A stretch of DNA of 64,000 bases from the IMG/VR virus record IMGVR_UViG_3300009183_000050, positions 64,001 to 128,000 of that record; one strand, given 5' to 3'. Source of the DNA: a virus. The position numbers and the translations under genes are program-made. The notes under the pieces were generated by a model that was not told the DNA's origin, made no database searches, and saw nothing but the letters and a program-made list of their open reading frames with translations. This document shows positions 18,931 to 29,188 of the stretch, piece after piece (positions within the stretch are counted from its first letter, which is position 1; every line of letters begins with the position of its first letter).

Positions 18931-19380
18931 ATGAAACCGCCAGTCAGTATAGATGATCTAATGGAAATGTGGAGCACCGACTCGAAGGTCGATGAGACTG
19001 AACCTTCTCGTGAGTTGGCTAAGGTATCTTCACTACATGCAAAATATCTCCGTATTCTAACTCACCACAACCTCATCGTTAAGAAAATCAACATAGATTA
19101 TGTAAAGATGAAGCGTGTCAAGTGGGAATACTACAATGGTGACTTGAACAATCCAGAAGATTTGGAAACCTACAATCTTCAACCACTGCTCAAAAAGATC
19201 ATACGGCAAGACATACCTATATACTTAGACTCAGACAACGATCTAAACAATCTGCTCATGCGAAAGGTTCTACACCAAGAGATTGTTGATTTCTGTGCTT
19301 CAGTTTTGAAAGAGATCAACAACCGCACTTGGCAGTTGAGATCATTTATAGAATGGGAAAAGTATACAAGTGGTGGATAA
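18931..19380 (+). CDS. uvsY: Recombination mediator UvsY
   Basis: LHAKYL, KWEYYNG, INNRTWQLRSFIEW; before uvsW. Confidence 0.9.
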   Translation: MKPPVSIDDLMEMWSTDSKVDETEPSRELAKVSSLHAKYLRILTHHNLIVKKINIDYVKMKRVKWEYYNGDLNNPEDLETYNLQPLLKKIIRQDIPIYLDSDNDLNNLLMRKVLHQEIVDFCASVLKEINNRTWQLRSFIEWEKYTSGG

Positions 19381-20827
19381 GTTATCGATATATAACATCA
19401 ATGAGGTTTATGTTGGTATAGATTGCCCTGAAGGAGCATCATATGAACTCCGTGAGCATTTTACACTTCAAGTTCCTGGTTATCAATTTACACCTCAATA
19501 CCGTAACAAACTGTGGGATGGTAAGATAAGATTATGGGATACAAGAAGTCGTAGAATCTATAGAGGTCTTGTTCCATACATTGTCAAGTTTTGTGAAGAG
19601 CGTGACTATGAGTGGGAGTATGATAATGAGGTTTATGATGAAGAGTTTTCGTTAAGTGAGGCCGAACAATTCTTCACGAAGTTAAACCTTCCTGAGAAGT
19701 ATAAACCAAGGGACTATCAAATTGACGCTTTCGTTCACGCTGTTCGCACTCGCCGTAGTCTGCTTCTCTCTCCTACTGCTTCTGGTAAGTCGCTCATCAT
19801 TTACTTACTTGTGCGCTATTACTCATCTCGGACTCTTATTATTGTTCCAACTATTTCTCTTGTCAGTCAGTTGGCTACTGATTTTGCCGATTATGGTTTT
19901 GAAAGTGATCGCTTTGTTCACCGTATCTATGGCGGAGAAGATAAACAGACAAATAAACCAATCACCATCTCTACATGGCAGTCGCTCTATAAACTCCCTA
20001 AAAAATATTTCGAACAATTTGATGTGATCATCGGTGATGAAGCGCATCTCTTTAAAGCTAAGTCACTGGCCAGCATCATGGAGAACCTTGCAAATTCAAA
20101 GTATAGATTTGGATTTACAGGGACATTAGATGGTACTAAGACACACAAGCTAGTTCTCGAAGGCCTATTTGGCACTGTTCGTAAGGTAACAACTACCAAA
20201 GAACTTATGACACAGGGTCATGTTGCAGATTTCATTATTAAGTGTTTGTTGCTGAAACATGGCGATAGTATTTGTCAAGCCGCTAAGAACTTCACATATC
20301 CTCAAGAGATTGAATATCTAGTCCTTAATGAATCCAGAAACAAGTTTATATCTAATCTAGCCTTATCTCTCGAAGGTAATACACTTGTTCTGTATCAGTT
20401 TGTCGATAAGCATGGTGTCATTCTCCATGATATTATAAATAAAGCATCAACTGGTCAGAGAGTGTTCTTTGTGTCTGGTAATGTCGATGGTGAAGCTAGA
20501 GAAGAGATTAGAAAGATTGTTGAGGGAGAAACTAATGCTATCATCGTAGCATCATACGGAACCTTCTCGACTGGTATCAATATTAAGAATCTACATAACA
20601 TCATCTTCGCCTCGCCTTCTAAATCAAGAGTTCGTAATCTACAGTCAATCGGTCGTGGTCTACGCATATCAGAAACTAAAACTTCTGCAACTCTATTTGA
20701 TATAGCAGATGATCTAAGACACAAGAAACATGAGAACTTCACCCTGAAACACTTTTCAGAACGCATAAAAATTTATAGTGAAGAGAAGTTTGATTTTAGA
20801 ATCTACAAGATAGAACTCAAAGGATAA
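19370..20827 (+). CDS. uvsW: SF2 helicase UvsW
   Basis: WDGKIRL, SPTASGKS, DEAH, LQSIGRGLR. Confidence 0.96.
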   Translation: MVDKLSIYNINEVYVGIDCPEGASYELREHFTLQVPGYQFTPQYRNKLWDGKIRLWDTRSRRIYRGLVPYIVKFCEERDYEWEYDNEVYDEEFSLSEAEQFFTKLNLPEKYKPRDYQIDAFVHAVRTRRSLLLSPTASGKSLIIYLLVRYYSSRTLIIVPTISLVSQLATDFADYGFESDRFVHRIYGGEDKQTNKPITISTWQSLYKLPKKYFEQFDVIIGDEAHLFKAKSLASIMENLANSKYRFGFTGTLDGTKTHKLVLEGLFGTVRKVTTTKELMTQGHVADFIIKCLLLKHGDSICQAAKNFTYPQEIEYLVLNESRNKFISNLALSLEGNTLVLYQFVDKHGVILHDIINKASTGQRVFFVSGNVDGEAREEIRKIVEGETNAIIVASYGTFSTGINIKNLHNIIFASPSKSRVRNLQSIGRGLRISETKTSATLFDIADDLRHKKHENFTLKHFSERIKIYSEEKFDFRIYKIELKG

Positions 20828-20831
20828 GACC

Positions 20832-21296
20832 ATGGAATTAGAACAGTCTGTCAAGTTTGTTAGAATGACCTCAGGTGAAGATTTGATCTCTCAGATCACC
20901 GAAGTGAAATCGGATGATGATTCGGAGAGCTATTATATACTAACAAACCCCATGAGACTAACATATTCTGTTGGTGGTTCTAATAGACCTGGAATGTTTT
21001 CTATCAATCTCATGCAATGGGTTTTCAATAGAATCTGTGAAGATCAAGACTTCACCATCTATCCTGTAGATATTCTCACCATTGGTAATCCTACAGATGA
21101 TATGATAGAATATTATTGGGATTGTGTTGATAACTTTGAGAAAATGAAAGAGAAGAATAAGAATAACACCGAATACGTCAAACCTTCTGATGGTGAAGAA
21201 GAGTTTGAGGAGTTTGTTGATGATACTGAAAGTCTGGAACTCCTAAAGAATTTACTGGAAGGTATCAACAAACCTTTGAAAGGAACGTTACACTGA
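20832..21296 (+). CDS. Conserved hypothetical protein (Sm-like N-terminus) between uvsW and gp55
   Basis: VKFVRMTSGEDLI...LTNPM pattern. Confidence 0.5.
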   Translation: MELEQSVKFVRMTSGEDLISQITEVKSDDDSESYYILTNPMRLTYSVGGSNRPGMFSINLMQWVFNRICEDQDFTIYPVDILTIGNPTDDMIEYYWDCVDNFEKMKEKNKNNTEYVKPSDGEEEFEEFVDDTESLELLKNLLEGINKPLKGTLH

Positions 21297-21574
21297 TGGT
21301 TGAGAAGAACAAATACCTTATCGAAGAAGGTGCATACGATTTCGGATTCACCTTCTCTAATGAAGAAGATATCGTAGCTACTCACACTGAGTATGCATCA
21401 ATGTCTGAACAGGTAGAGGATTTGAAAGAGAGACTCTATGCTCTCAATAAGATATTCTTACCTCTACTGGAGAATCTTATTAAAGACCCTGATAAACCTA
21501 TGATCAAATGGCCTAATAGGAAAGAGGTTATTGAGAAACAGATTAAGAAGCTGAAACAAATCACTAACATCTAA
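21296..21574 (+). CDS. Hypothetical protein
   Basis: ORF coupled to upstream gene; DFGFTF, PLLENL...IKWPNR. Confidence 0.6.
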   Translation: MVEKNKYLIEEGAYDFGFTFSNEEDIVATHTEYASMSEQVEDLKERLYALNKIFLPLLENLIKDPDKPMIKWPNRKEVIEKQIKKLKQITNI

Positions 21575-21613
21575 CCAAACCATTACACTATTTCATTAAC
21601 GGAGGACATAGCA

Positions 21614-21642
21614 GTTATAGCACAATGTCAACCAGTTGTCAA
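21614..21642 (-). promoter_or_regulatory. Leftward sigma70-type promoter, divergent from gp55
   Basis: Minus strand reads TTGACA-N17-TATAAC. Confidence 0.55.
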
Positions 21643-21652
21643 GAGGTATTTC

Positions 21653-22246
21653 ATGATTAAGCCAAAAAAAGTTCATTATGTTGATAATCAGAAGTTTTAT
21701 CAAGCCATTGTTGAGTATCGTCAGAAGCTTCAGGATGCTAGAACTGAAGGTCTTCAAGATCCTAGAATACCAAACTATATCGGTGAATGTATTTGGAAGA
21801 TTGCGGACAAGTTGTCAACCAAACCTTGCTTCATGAACTACTCATATCGTGATGAGATGATTTCAGATGGTATAGAGAATTGTATCATGTATTTTAAGGA
21901 TTATGATCCAGTTAAAGGTCAGAATCCTTTTGCATACTTCACACAGGTCATTTACTATGCTTTCATTCGTCGAATCAGTAAAGAAGAAAAGAATCGCTAT
22001 ATAATCTATAAGAACTTCCAAAACGTTCTATGCAGCACTGATATGAGAGTTTTGGTAGATCATGAAGATAAGCACTTGCTTCCTTCTCAAATGTATGATA
22101 ATATAAATGACTTCATGAGTAGGTTTGAGAAGAAGGAAGAAGCGAAGAAAGCAAAGCGCAAGTTGATGAAAGAAAATAACTTGCTGAAGTTTTATGAGGA
22201 AAAAGAAAATGAAGGAAGAGTTTCCGAACATACCCTTTCAGGTTGA
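21653..22246 (+). CDS. gp55: Late-transcription sigma factor gp55
   Basis: HYVDN, YIGECIWKIA, YSYRDEMISDGIENC, NPFAYFTQ. Confidence 0.95.
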   Translation: MIKPKKVHYVDNQKFYQAIVEYRQKLQDARTEGLQDPRIPNYIGECIWKIADKLSTKPCFMNYSYRDEMISDGIENCIMYFKDYDPVKGQNPFAYFTQVIYYAFIRRISKEEKNRYIIYKNFQNVLCSTDMRVLVDHEDKHLLPSQMYDNINDFMSRFEKKEEAKKAKRKLMKENNLLKFYEEKENEGRVSEHTLSG

Positions 22247-22403
22247 GAACCTAATCGAGAATATGATGGACAAGAATGAACGCCCACACATTCGAGATAA
22301 CTATCGATCAAGATTGGAATATATTAGAACAGCGATTGATCAAAATATCCGTAAGTATGATAACGATGCAATGATGCATGGTGGTGGAAAGAAGAGAGCA
22401 TAA
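22194..22403 (+). CDS. Hypothetical protein
   Basis: Small ORF between gp55 and gp47 (RDNYRSRLE). Confidence 0.55.
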   Translation: MRKKKMKEEFPNIPFQVENLIENMMDKNERPHIRDNYRSRLEYIRTAIDQNIRKYDNDAMMHGGGKKRA

Positions 22404-22404
22404 C

Positions 22405-23481
22405 TTGAAAGTAGCTATTATCACAGATACACACTGGGGAATCAGAAATGATTCTCCAGTTTTTTACGATTACTTTAAGAAATCCTTAGAGCAATTCTGG
22501 CAAGTCATTCAAGATGAGGATGTTAAATATATTCTACATCTAGGTGATCTATTTGATCGTCGTAAGTATTTGAACTTCATGACGGCCAAACGTTGCCGTG
22601 AGGACTTCTTGGAGCCTATCGAGAGACTGAAGATACCCACAATGATCGCCTGTGGTAACCATGATGTGTTCTACAAGAACACCAATGATGTAAACGCACT
22701 GGACGAAATCTTAGGTGATAGATATGAATATATTAGACACTTTAAAAAACCTGAACTTGTCAACATCGATGGCTTGGATGTCCAACTTATACCGTGGATT
22801 ACCGAGTCGAACTACGATGAATCAATGGAAGCAATCAAGCACTCAAAAGCTGAAATCCTTATGGGACACCTCGAACTTAACGGCTTCGAAATGTTTAGAG
22901 GTAGTATCTCGGACCACGGCTTATCTGCTAATCTCTTTGATCGCTATGATATGGTTATGTCTGGTCATTATCATCATAAGTCCACTACTAGGAATATTCA
23001 TTACCTTGGTGCTTTTGCTGAGTATACATGGAGTGATTATAACGATCCTAGAGGGTTTCATATCTTCGACACCCAAACAAGACAAATGACCTTCCATAAG
23101 AACCCGCATAACATCTTTAAGATGATGGCCTATGATGATGTGAAGAACCCTAACATTCTACAGGACATTCAGGCTAAAGACTATAGTGCCTTTGCTGGTT
23201 GTTATGTGAAGATTGTCTGTGTGAACAAGACTAATCCATACTCGTTTGATATGTTACTAGATAAGCTATATCAGGTCTCGCCTCTAGATATCTCTATCAT
23301 CGAAGATGTTTCAGCATTCAAGGACAATGAAGAGGACTCTGAGATTGATCAGGCTGAAGATACGGTAACCATTCTATCAAAGTATATTGATGGCTTGACA
23401 TTACCTGTAGAAACTGATAAGATGAAGTCTTATATGAAAGATATCTATACGGAAGCTTTACAAGTGGAGTTTGCTGAATGA
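22405..23481 (+). CDS. gp47: Recombination endonuclease gp47 (Mre11/SbcD-like); probable TTG start
   Basis: [25 protein letters not shown] metallophosphoesterase motifs. Confidence 0.95.
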   Translation: MKVAIITDTHWGIRNDSPVFYDYFKKSLEQFWQVIQDEDVKYILHLGDLFDRRKYLNFMTAKRCREDFLEPIERLKIPTMIACGNHDVFYKNTNDVNALDEILGDRYEYIRHFKKPELVNIDGLDVQLIPWITESNYDESMEAIKHSKAEILMGHLELNGFEMFRGSISDHGLSANLFDRYDMVMSGHYHHKSTTRNIHYLGAFAEYTWSDYNDPRGFHIFDTQTRQMTFHKNPHNIFKMMAYDDVKNPNILQDIQAKDYSAFAGCYVKIVCVNKTNPYSFDMLLDKLYQVSPLDISIIEDVSAFKDNEEDSEIDQAEDTVTILSKYIDGLTLPVETDKMKSYMKDIYTEALQVEFAE

Positions 23482-23741
23482 CGAAGGTGATTGTAAGACC
23501 TGAAACGACTACTCATGTCCTAGATTTCATGTTTCATATGATCAAAGATAAAGAAGAGGCAAAGAATGTTGCTGATCTTATCGGTGACAAACAGATTTTT
23601 CATGTAGCAAGAGGTATCGATCCTGACACCTTTCAACCCATCCTTTACTTCGCTATTCCTGAAGATAACACTCCGTTCAATGCTTGGTTGAAATATGGCT
23701 CTACGATGGAACTATTGGTAAAATCTGATGATACTGTTTGA
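23478..23741 (+). CDS. Hypothetical protein
   Basis: ORF between gp47 and gp46; TTGACA-N17-TAAGAT at 23395-23423 upstream. Confidence 0.55.
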   Translation: MTKVIVRPETTTHVLDFMFHMIKDKEEAKNVADLIGDKQIFHVARGIDPDTFQPILYFAIPEDNTPFNAWLKYGSTMELLVKSDDTV

Positions 23742-25443
23742 AAAGATTCGATGGAAGAACCTGCTATCAACAGGTAACATCTTTACAGAGATCAAGCTCA
23801 ATGAAACGTCTAACTCCCTAGTCATTGGCGACAACGGAGCAGGAAAGTCTACAATACTAGACGCACTGTGCTTTGCTCTTTTTGGTAAAGCCTTTCGTAA
23901 GATTAACAAGCCGGCTCTGGTCAACTCAGTCAACACTAAGGAGTGTGTGGTTGAGATTGAGTTTAAGACTAATGGTAAAGCCTATAAGATTATTCGCGGT
24001 ATCAAACCGAATGTCTTTGAAATCTACTGCGAAGGTATTGTCATCAATCAAGACTCGGCTTCTAGAGACTATCAAGAACATCTAGAAAAATTCATACTCA
24101 AGATGAACTATAAGTCTTTCACTCAGATTGTTATTCTGGGTTCGGCTTCGTTTACTCCTTTCATGCAGTTGTCGGCTAATGATCGTAGAACTGTCATTGA
24201 AGATTTGCTTGACATTCAAATCTTCTCTATCATGAGCAACATCACTAAACAGAGATCAAGCACCAATAAAGACTTGATTGAACGTAATAGACTGAATCTT
24301 TCTGCTAAAGAAGATATGAAGTCTTACATTGAAAAGAGCATCGTCAGTCTGAAGAAGAATAATGAGGACAAGAAGAATGTCTTGCTTTCACAAAAAGAAG
24401 ATCATGAACAATCGATCATCACCCACAAAGAAGAAGTTCGTTCCCTTGACGAGAGGCTCACTGGCCTTCTTGAACAGGCCGGTGAAAAAGCGAAAAGTAA
24501 AGACAAGCACAAGAAACTGATTGCGCTACAATCAAAGATTGAATCTAATTCGAATAGAATTGAATCTGAAATCTCCTTCTATTGTGATAATGACACTTGC
24601 CCAACTTGTCATCAATCTATTGACAGTGGCTTCAAAGCTGAGGCGGTTGATAGTAATACCAAAAAACTCGAAGAACTCTCTCAAGGTCTCAGAGATATTG
24701 GAGATCAAATCTCTATTTGTGTTACTACCGTCAACGAATCTGATAAGCTTGTCGTAGAGGCCAGCAATGTAAAGAATCGCATAACATCGGTCAACGCCAA
24801 CATTGCCAACTTGATTTCGCATATCAATGATATTGAGGATCAGGTTGAACAGATTGATGGTTCAGATACGATGTTGATCGATAATGAGACTTCTCTCAAG
24901 ACCATCTTTGAAGAGTTGGCTATACTCAACAAAGAAAAGTATGACTTGCTGACAGAGAAAAAGTATATTGAGACTGCTATCAGTCTACTTAAAGATGGTG
25001 GTATCAAGACTAAGATCATCAAACAATATCTTCCTATCATCAACAAACTGATCAACAAGTATCTTGCTCAGATGGGATTCTTCGTAAACTTCAACATCAA
25101 CGAACAGTTCGAAGAGACTATCAAGAGCCGTTACCGTGATGACTTCTCATACCACAACTTCTCTGAAGGTGAGAAGATGCGTATCGACCTTGCTCTCCTT
25201 TTCACATGGAGAACGATAGCTAGAATGCGTAACTCGGTCAACACGAACCTCCTTATCCTCGATGAGGTTCTGGACGGTTCACTAGATACAAGTGGTACAG
25301 ATGAGTTCCTGAAGATCATGTGGGATATGCTCGGTGATACCAATACCTTTGTTATAAGCCATAAGACGGATACACTACTCGACAAGTTTCAGAAAGTGTA
25401 TCGATTTGAGAAGCATAAGAATTTCTCTCGCCTTTCCGTCTAA
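23728..25443 (+). CDS. gp46: Recombination ATPase gp46 (Rad50/SbcC-like)
   Basis: GDNGAGKST, CPTC zinc hook, FSEGEK signature, LILDEV. Confidence 0.96.
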   Translation: MILFEKIRWKNLLSTGNIFTEIKLNETSNSLVIGDNGAGKSTILDALCFALFGKAFRKINKPALVNSVNTKECVVEIEFKTNGKAYKIIRGIKPNVFEIYCEGIVINQDSASRDYQEHLEKFILKMNYKSFTQIVILGSASFTPFMQLSANDRRTVIEDLLDIQIFSIMSNITKQRSSTNKDLIERNRLNLSAKEDMKSYIEKSIVSLKKNNEDKKNVLLSQKEDHEQSIITHKEEVRSLDERLTGLLEQAGEKAKSKDKHKKLIALQSKIESNSNRIESEISFYCDNDTCPTCHQSIDSGFKAEAVDSNTKKLEELSQGLRDIGDQISICVTTVNESDKLVVEASNVKNRITSVNANIANLISHINDIEDQVEQIDGSDTMLIDNETSLKTIFEELAILNKEKYDLLTEKKYIETAISLLKDGGIKTKIIKQYLPIINKLINKYLAQMGFFVNFNINEQFEETIKSRYRDDFSYHNFSEGEKMRIDLALLFTWRTIARMRNSVNTNLLILDEVLDGSLDTSGTDEFLKIMWDMLGDTNTFVISHKTDTLLDKFQKVYRFEKHKNFSRLSV

Positions 25444-25482
25444 TCTGGTATATAATAGTATATTATTTGAAAGTGAGTAGGT

Positions 25483-26784
25483 ATGTCTGAAGAAATTGAA
25501 GAAGTTGAAATTGAAGAAGTAGCCGTCAAAGATCCGTTTCTCGAAAAGCAATGGGAAGATTGGCTTGCGGCCAATGATGTTACACAACTTCAAGCACCAA
25601 CAGATGAAGAACTTCGTGATGCTGTCATCCGTGATTTGCAACATGCATCTCAGATGACTGTCGGTGAATATACTTTGTTTCAAAAGTGGTGTGAGATTCA
25701 AGAACGATATCCTACACAAGAGATATCAACACTCTTTGGTGAAGAAGTCCAGATGGACAAAGACCAAGAGATGTTCATCAAGGGTATTAAAGACAATATC
25801 TGGATTCCTAAATCACCAGAAGATTATCTCGAACTTCAGCCTGAACTAATTTACACCAAAGATTCAGAAATGTCTGAAACATGGAACGGCATCCGCACCT
25901 TTACCTCTACCATGAAGAACAATTCTAACATTGGTCGAAACCTTAACTATATCGTGATCGACCGCAAGTCTGGTAAATATCTTGGTGTCATGTGCATCTC
26001 ATCTGACTTCCTTGATTTGACTCCTCGTGATCAATATATTGGTTGGGAACGTGAGAAGAAAACTCAGGGTCATATGATCAACTACACCGCTATTGGTTCG
26101 ACCATCGTGCCGTTGCAACCTCTTGGTTATAACTATGTTGGTGGTAAACTCTTGGCCTTGCTGTGTCTGTCTGATGAGGTTCAATATCAGTGGAAGAAAC
26201 AATATGGTGATGTTCTGGCTGGTGTGACAACCACTTCACTATATGGTATGAAGAAGCAAGGCGGTCTCAGCCAGTATGATAACCTGAAGCACTGGAAGAA
26301 GATGGGCTATTCGTCTGGTTCAGTCTCATATGAAACAACCAAGCCTACAGTAACAATGATTCGTGATTGGCTGAAGAAGAACCATACTCGTAAGTATTTC
26401 GAATGGTATTCGGCTAAGAAGCAAAGTGGTCAGCCATATAAACGTGACCATAAGAATCGTTCATATACTTTCACATACAGTAAGTTGAGCATACCTAAAG
26501 AGTTGATTCGATCTGAACATCAACGCGGAATCTATTTCTCACCATTGTATAACAATACGAATGATTTCCTCTGTGGTAAGATCGGCGAAAAAGATTTGGT
26601 TAAGTCTTTCGATACTTCATATGAATACCTGACTACACTCTGGAAAGAGAAGTATGCCGCTAAACGTATTCGTAATCTACAAGAGACTGATCGAGTTTCT
26701 ACTGAAACGTTGTTCTATGATGATCAGATATACTTGAAGTGGGAAGAAGTTAAGGAAAAGTATCTAGGTCAGGTTGGTCGATGA
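25483..26784 (+). CDS. DUF4338 (DruA-like) domain protein
   Basis: GRNLNYIV.D..SGKYLG, RDQYIGW, PLGYNYVGGKLLALL, TTTSLYG motifs. Confidence 0.65.
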   Translation: MSEEIEEVEIEEVAVKDPFLEKQWEDWLAANDVTQLQAPTDEELRDAVIRDLQHASQMTVGEYTLFQKWCEIQERYPTQEISTLFGEEVQMDKDQEMFIKGIKDNIWIPKSPEDYLELQPELIYTKDSEMSETWNGIRTFTSTMKNNSNIGRNLNYIVIDRKSGKYLGVMCISSDFLDLTPRDQYIGWEREKKTQGHMINYTAIGSTIVPLQPLGYNYVGGKLLALLCLSDEVQYQWKKQYGDVLAGVTTTSLYGMKKQGGLSQYDNLKHWKKMGYSSGSVSYETTKPTVTMIRDWLKKNHTRKYFEWYSAKKQSGQPYKRDHKNRSYTFTYSKLSIPKELIRSEHQRGIYFSPLYNNTNDFLCGKIGEKDLVKSFDTSYEYLTTLWKEKYAAKRIRNLQETDRVSTETLFYDDQIYLKWEEVKEKYLGQVGR

Positions 26785-26817
26785 TTTGCTATTCCGTAAA
26801 AGTTGATGTATAATCCA

Positions 26818-26842
26818 AGGGTTGGTGAAAACCAGCCTTTTT
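26818..26842 (+). terminator. Intrinsic terminator
   Basis: GGTTGGT-GAAA-ACCAGCC followed by TTTTT. Confidence 0.75.
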
Positions 26843-26849
26843 CATTTGG

Positions 26850-26915
26850 TATGCGTTGGATGCAGGTCTAGTATTCTCTTTTTGTAGTTGACTTTACCTC
26901 CATCTCCGTTATACT
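26850..26915 (+). promoter_or_regulatory. Early promoter with upstream dyad (copy 1)
   Basis: TATGC-N3-GGATGCA-N23-TTGACT-N16-TATACT. Confidence 0.65.
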
Positions 26916-26939
26916 GAAGGCATAATCAATGAGGGTCTT

Positions 26940-29153
26940 ATGTCGGAACAGAACATCCAGTCCAAATCGCAATTAGCCAAGCTGCTGGCGACCGAGAACA
27001 TCTCGTTCCAGCATGATCCTTCGGCTCGAACTGCCTACTTTGACGTTAAAAACCGTATCTTGGTTCTTCCAGTTTGGCAGAACATTTCAAACGACCTTTA
27101 TGATATGTTGGTCGTTCATGAGGTGGGCCATGCTCTTGATACACCGGCTGATGGCTGGATGAATGCCATTGATAGCATTGCTCAGAATGTCCACGGTTCG
27201 AAAAACCAAAAGTATCAAAGTGCTATCAAAGGCTTCCTCAATGTTGTTGAAGATGCCCGTATCGATAAGCGCCAGAAGCGCCGGTATCCAGGTGCCAAGC
27301 GTAACTACATTGTTGGCTACAAAGAACTGATCGAACGTGACTTCTTTGGCACTTCCAAAAAGAATGCCAATGATATGTCTTTCATCGACCGCTTGAATAT
27401 GTATTTCAAGGGCGGTTCAATGGGCACCTTGGGTCGTATCATCTTCAGTAAAGAAGAAGCACCTTTCGTCAAGCGGGTTGAAAACGCCGAGACCTTCGAA
27501 GATGTTGTCGCCTTGACCGAAGAGATTTATCGTTTCTCGAAGGACAAAGGCGAAGAACAGCAACAGCAGATGGAAGATTTCCGTATGGCTGAAGGCGAAG
27601 AAGATGGTGATGACCTCGAAGAAGGTGATGACTTCGATTTTGATGATGATGTAGAAGAAACCGAAACCGATGGTTCTGGTTCTGATGAAGGTGACTCCGA
27701 AGATGAGTCTGAGGAAGAAGATGGTTCACCTTCTGATAAGAAGGATGAACCTAAAGATTCCGAAGAAGAAGAAGAAAAAGGTCAAACCTCTAATGAAGGT
27801 GCTGGCCCTACCGATGGAGACTTTGTTCCTCAATCTGAGACTGAAAAGGCTTGGGAAGAAAACATCTCAAACATTGTCGCCGATGATAACATCAACTATA
27901 TCTACATGAACCTTCCTAAACCTAATCTCGATAATATTGTTGATGATTATAAGATTGTTCTCAAGGCAATGGAAGCCGAACTCCTCTCTCGCGGTCCTGA
28001 AGCCTTCAAGACTGTTACTGAAGAATTTGGTAAGTTTAAGGCTGAAGAAAACTCCACCATTTCTTACATGGTGAAAGAATTTGAAAGCCGAAAATCTGCT
28101 GAGGCCTATTCGAAGATTTCGGTTGCTAAGACCGGTGTCATTGATACCAACAAGCTTCACTCTTATCGGTACAATGATGATATCTTCCGCCGCTTGGCTA
28201 CTCTGCCTAACGGTAAAAACCACGGCTTCATCATGTTCCTCGATTGGTCTGGTTCTATGATCGACAACATGTCCAAGACCGTCAAGCAACTGATCAGCCT
28301 GACCATGTTCTGTAAGCGGGTTCAGATTCCGTTCGAAGTCTACTTCTTCCGTGACCCTTGCTATACTGACGGTGATCACATTAAAACTTCTTTCAATCCC
28401 GATCCAAAGGCGTTTAAGTTAAACAACTTCCGCTTGCGGAACATCCTTTCGTCTCGGATGAACCTGACGGAATTGAACAAGGCTTATAGTCTCTTGTGGT
28501 ATGCGGGCCGCCGATATAGTGTTTATCGTTGTGATGCTATGAACGGCACGCCTCTCAACCAAGCTATCATTGCCGCTGAAGGTCTGGTTAATGATTTTCG
28601 CAAGCGGAACAAGCTGGAGATCGTCAACACGGTCTTTTTGACTGACGGTGATTCCAACTGCATTGGTTACCCTGATGTAAGTAATGCACCTTATAAACCA
28701 AAAGGTAACCGTTACATTCTAAAAGATGATGTAATGAAAAAAGAATATAACCTCGGTAAGAGTTTGTATTCTGATGATGTAACCAACTCTTTACTTCGCA
28801 TCTTGAAAGACCGCACAGGTTCAAACCTGATTGGTTTCTTCCTTGCTAGTGATAGTCTGCGTCACCTCGTGTATAAAATCTTCGGTTATGGCGCTGATAT
28901 TACCAAATACACCGAAAGCTGGAAGAAAAACAAGTTCTTGCTTGTCCAATCTAAAGGTTATGATGACTACTACATCATCAATGCTAAAGAAATGGATATC
29001 TCGAAGCTTGACTACTCTATCGATACCGACAACATGAGCCGCGCCAAGATGGCTAAGGAGTTCATGAAGTTTTCTGAAAAGAAGTCCGTGAACCGTGTCC
29101 TCTTGAGCCGTTTCATTGAAAAGATTTCTTCCCAAAGCAAGAAAGTGGCTTGA
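26940..29153 (+). CDS. HEXXH metallopeptidase-like + vWA (CobT-like) protein
   Basis: HEVGH...NVVEDARI, acidic linker, MIDAS DWSGS...GTP...TDG. Confidence 0.85.
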   Translation: MSEQNIQSKSQLAKLLATENISFQHDPSARTAYFDVKNRILVLPVWQNISNDLYDMLVVHEVGHALDTPADGWMNAIDSIAQNVHGSKNQKYQSAIKGFLNVVEDARIDKRQKRRYPGAKRNYIVGYKELIERDFFGTSKKNANDMSFIDRLNMYFKGGSMGTLGRIIFSKEEAPFVKRVENAETFEDVVALTEEIYRFSKDKGEEQQQQMEDFRMAEGEEDGDDLEEGDDFDFDDDVEETETDGSGSDEGDSEDESEEEDGSPSDKKDEPKDSEEEEEKGQTSNEGAGPTDGDFVPQSETEKAWEENISNIVADDNINYIYMNLPKPNLDNIVDDYKIVLKAMEAELLSRGPEAFKTVTEEFGKFKAEENSTISYMVKEFESRKSAEAYSKISVAKTGVIDTNKLHSYRYNDDIFRRLATLPNGKNHGFIMFLDWSGSMIDNMSKTVKQLISLTMFCKRVQIPFEVYFFRDPCYTDGDHIKTSFNPDPKAFKLNNFRLRNILSSRMNLTELNKAYSLLWYAGRRYSVYRCDAMNGTPLNQAIIAAEGLVNDFRKRNKLEIVNTVFLTDGDSNCIGYPDVSNAPYKPKGNRYILKDDVMKKEYNLGKSLYSDDVTNSLLRILKDRTGSNLIGFFLASDSLRHLVYKIFGYGADITKYTESWKKNKFLLVQSKGYDDYYIINAKEMDISKLDYSIDTDNMSRAKMAKEFMKFSEKKSVNRVLLSRFIEKISSQSKKVA

Positions 29154-29178
29154 CAAAGCCACCTTTACCGTCTATAAT
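29150..29178 (+). promoter_or_regulatory. Sigma70 consensus promoter
   Basis: TTGACA-N17-TATAAT. Confidence 0.8.
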
Positions 29179-29188
29179 ACATATATGA

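Noticed and set aside
20434-20441. Intragenic TATAAATA copies (also 36519, 56491) as late promoters
   Set aside because: They could be chance matches in AT-rich sequence and cannot be supported without TSS data
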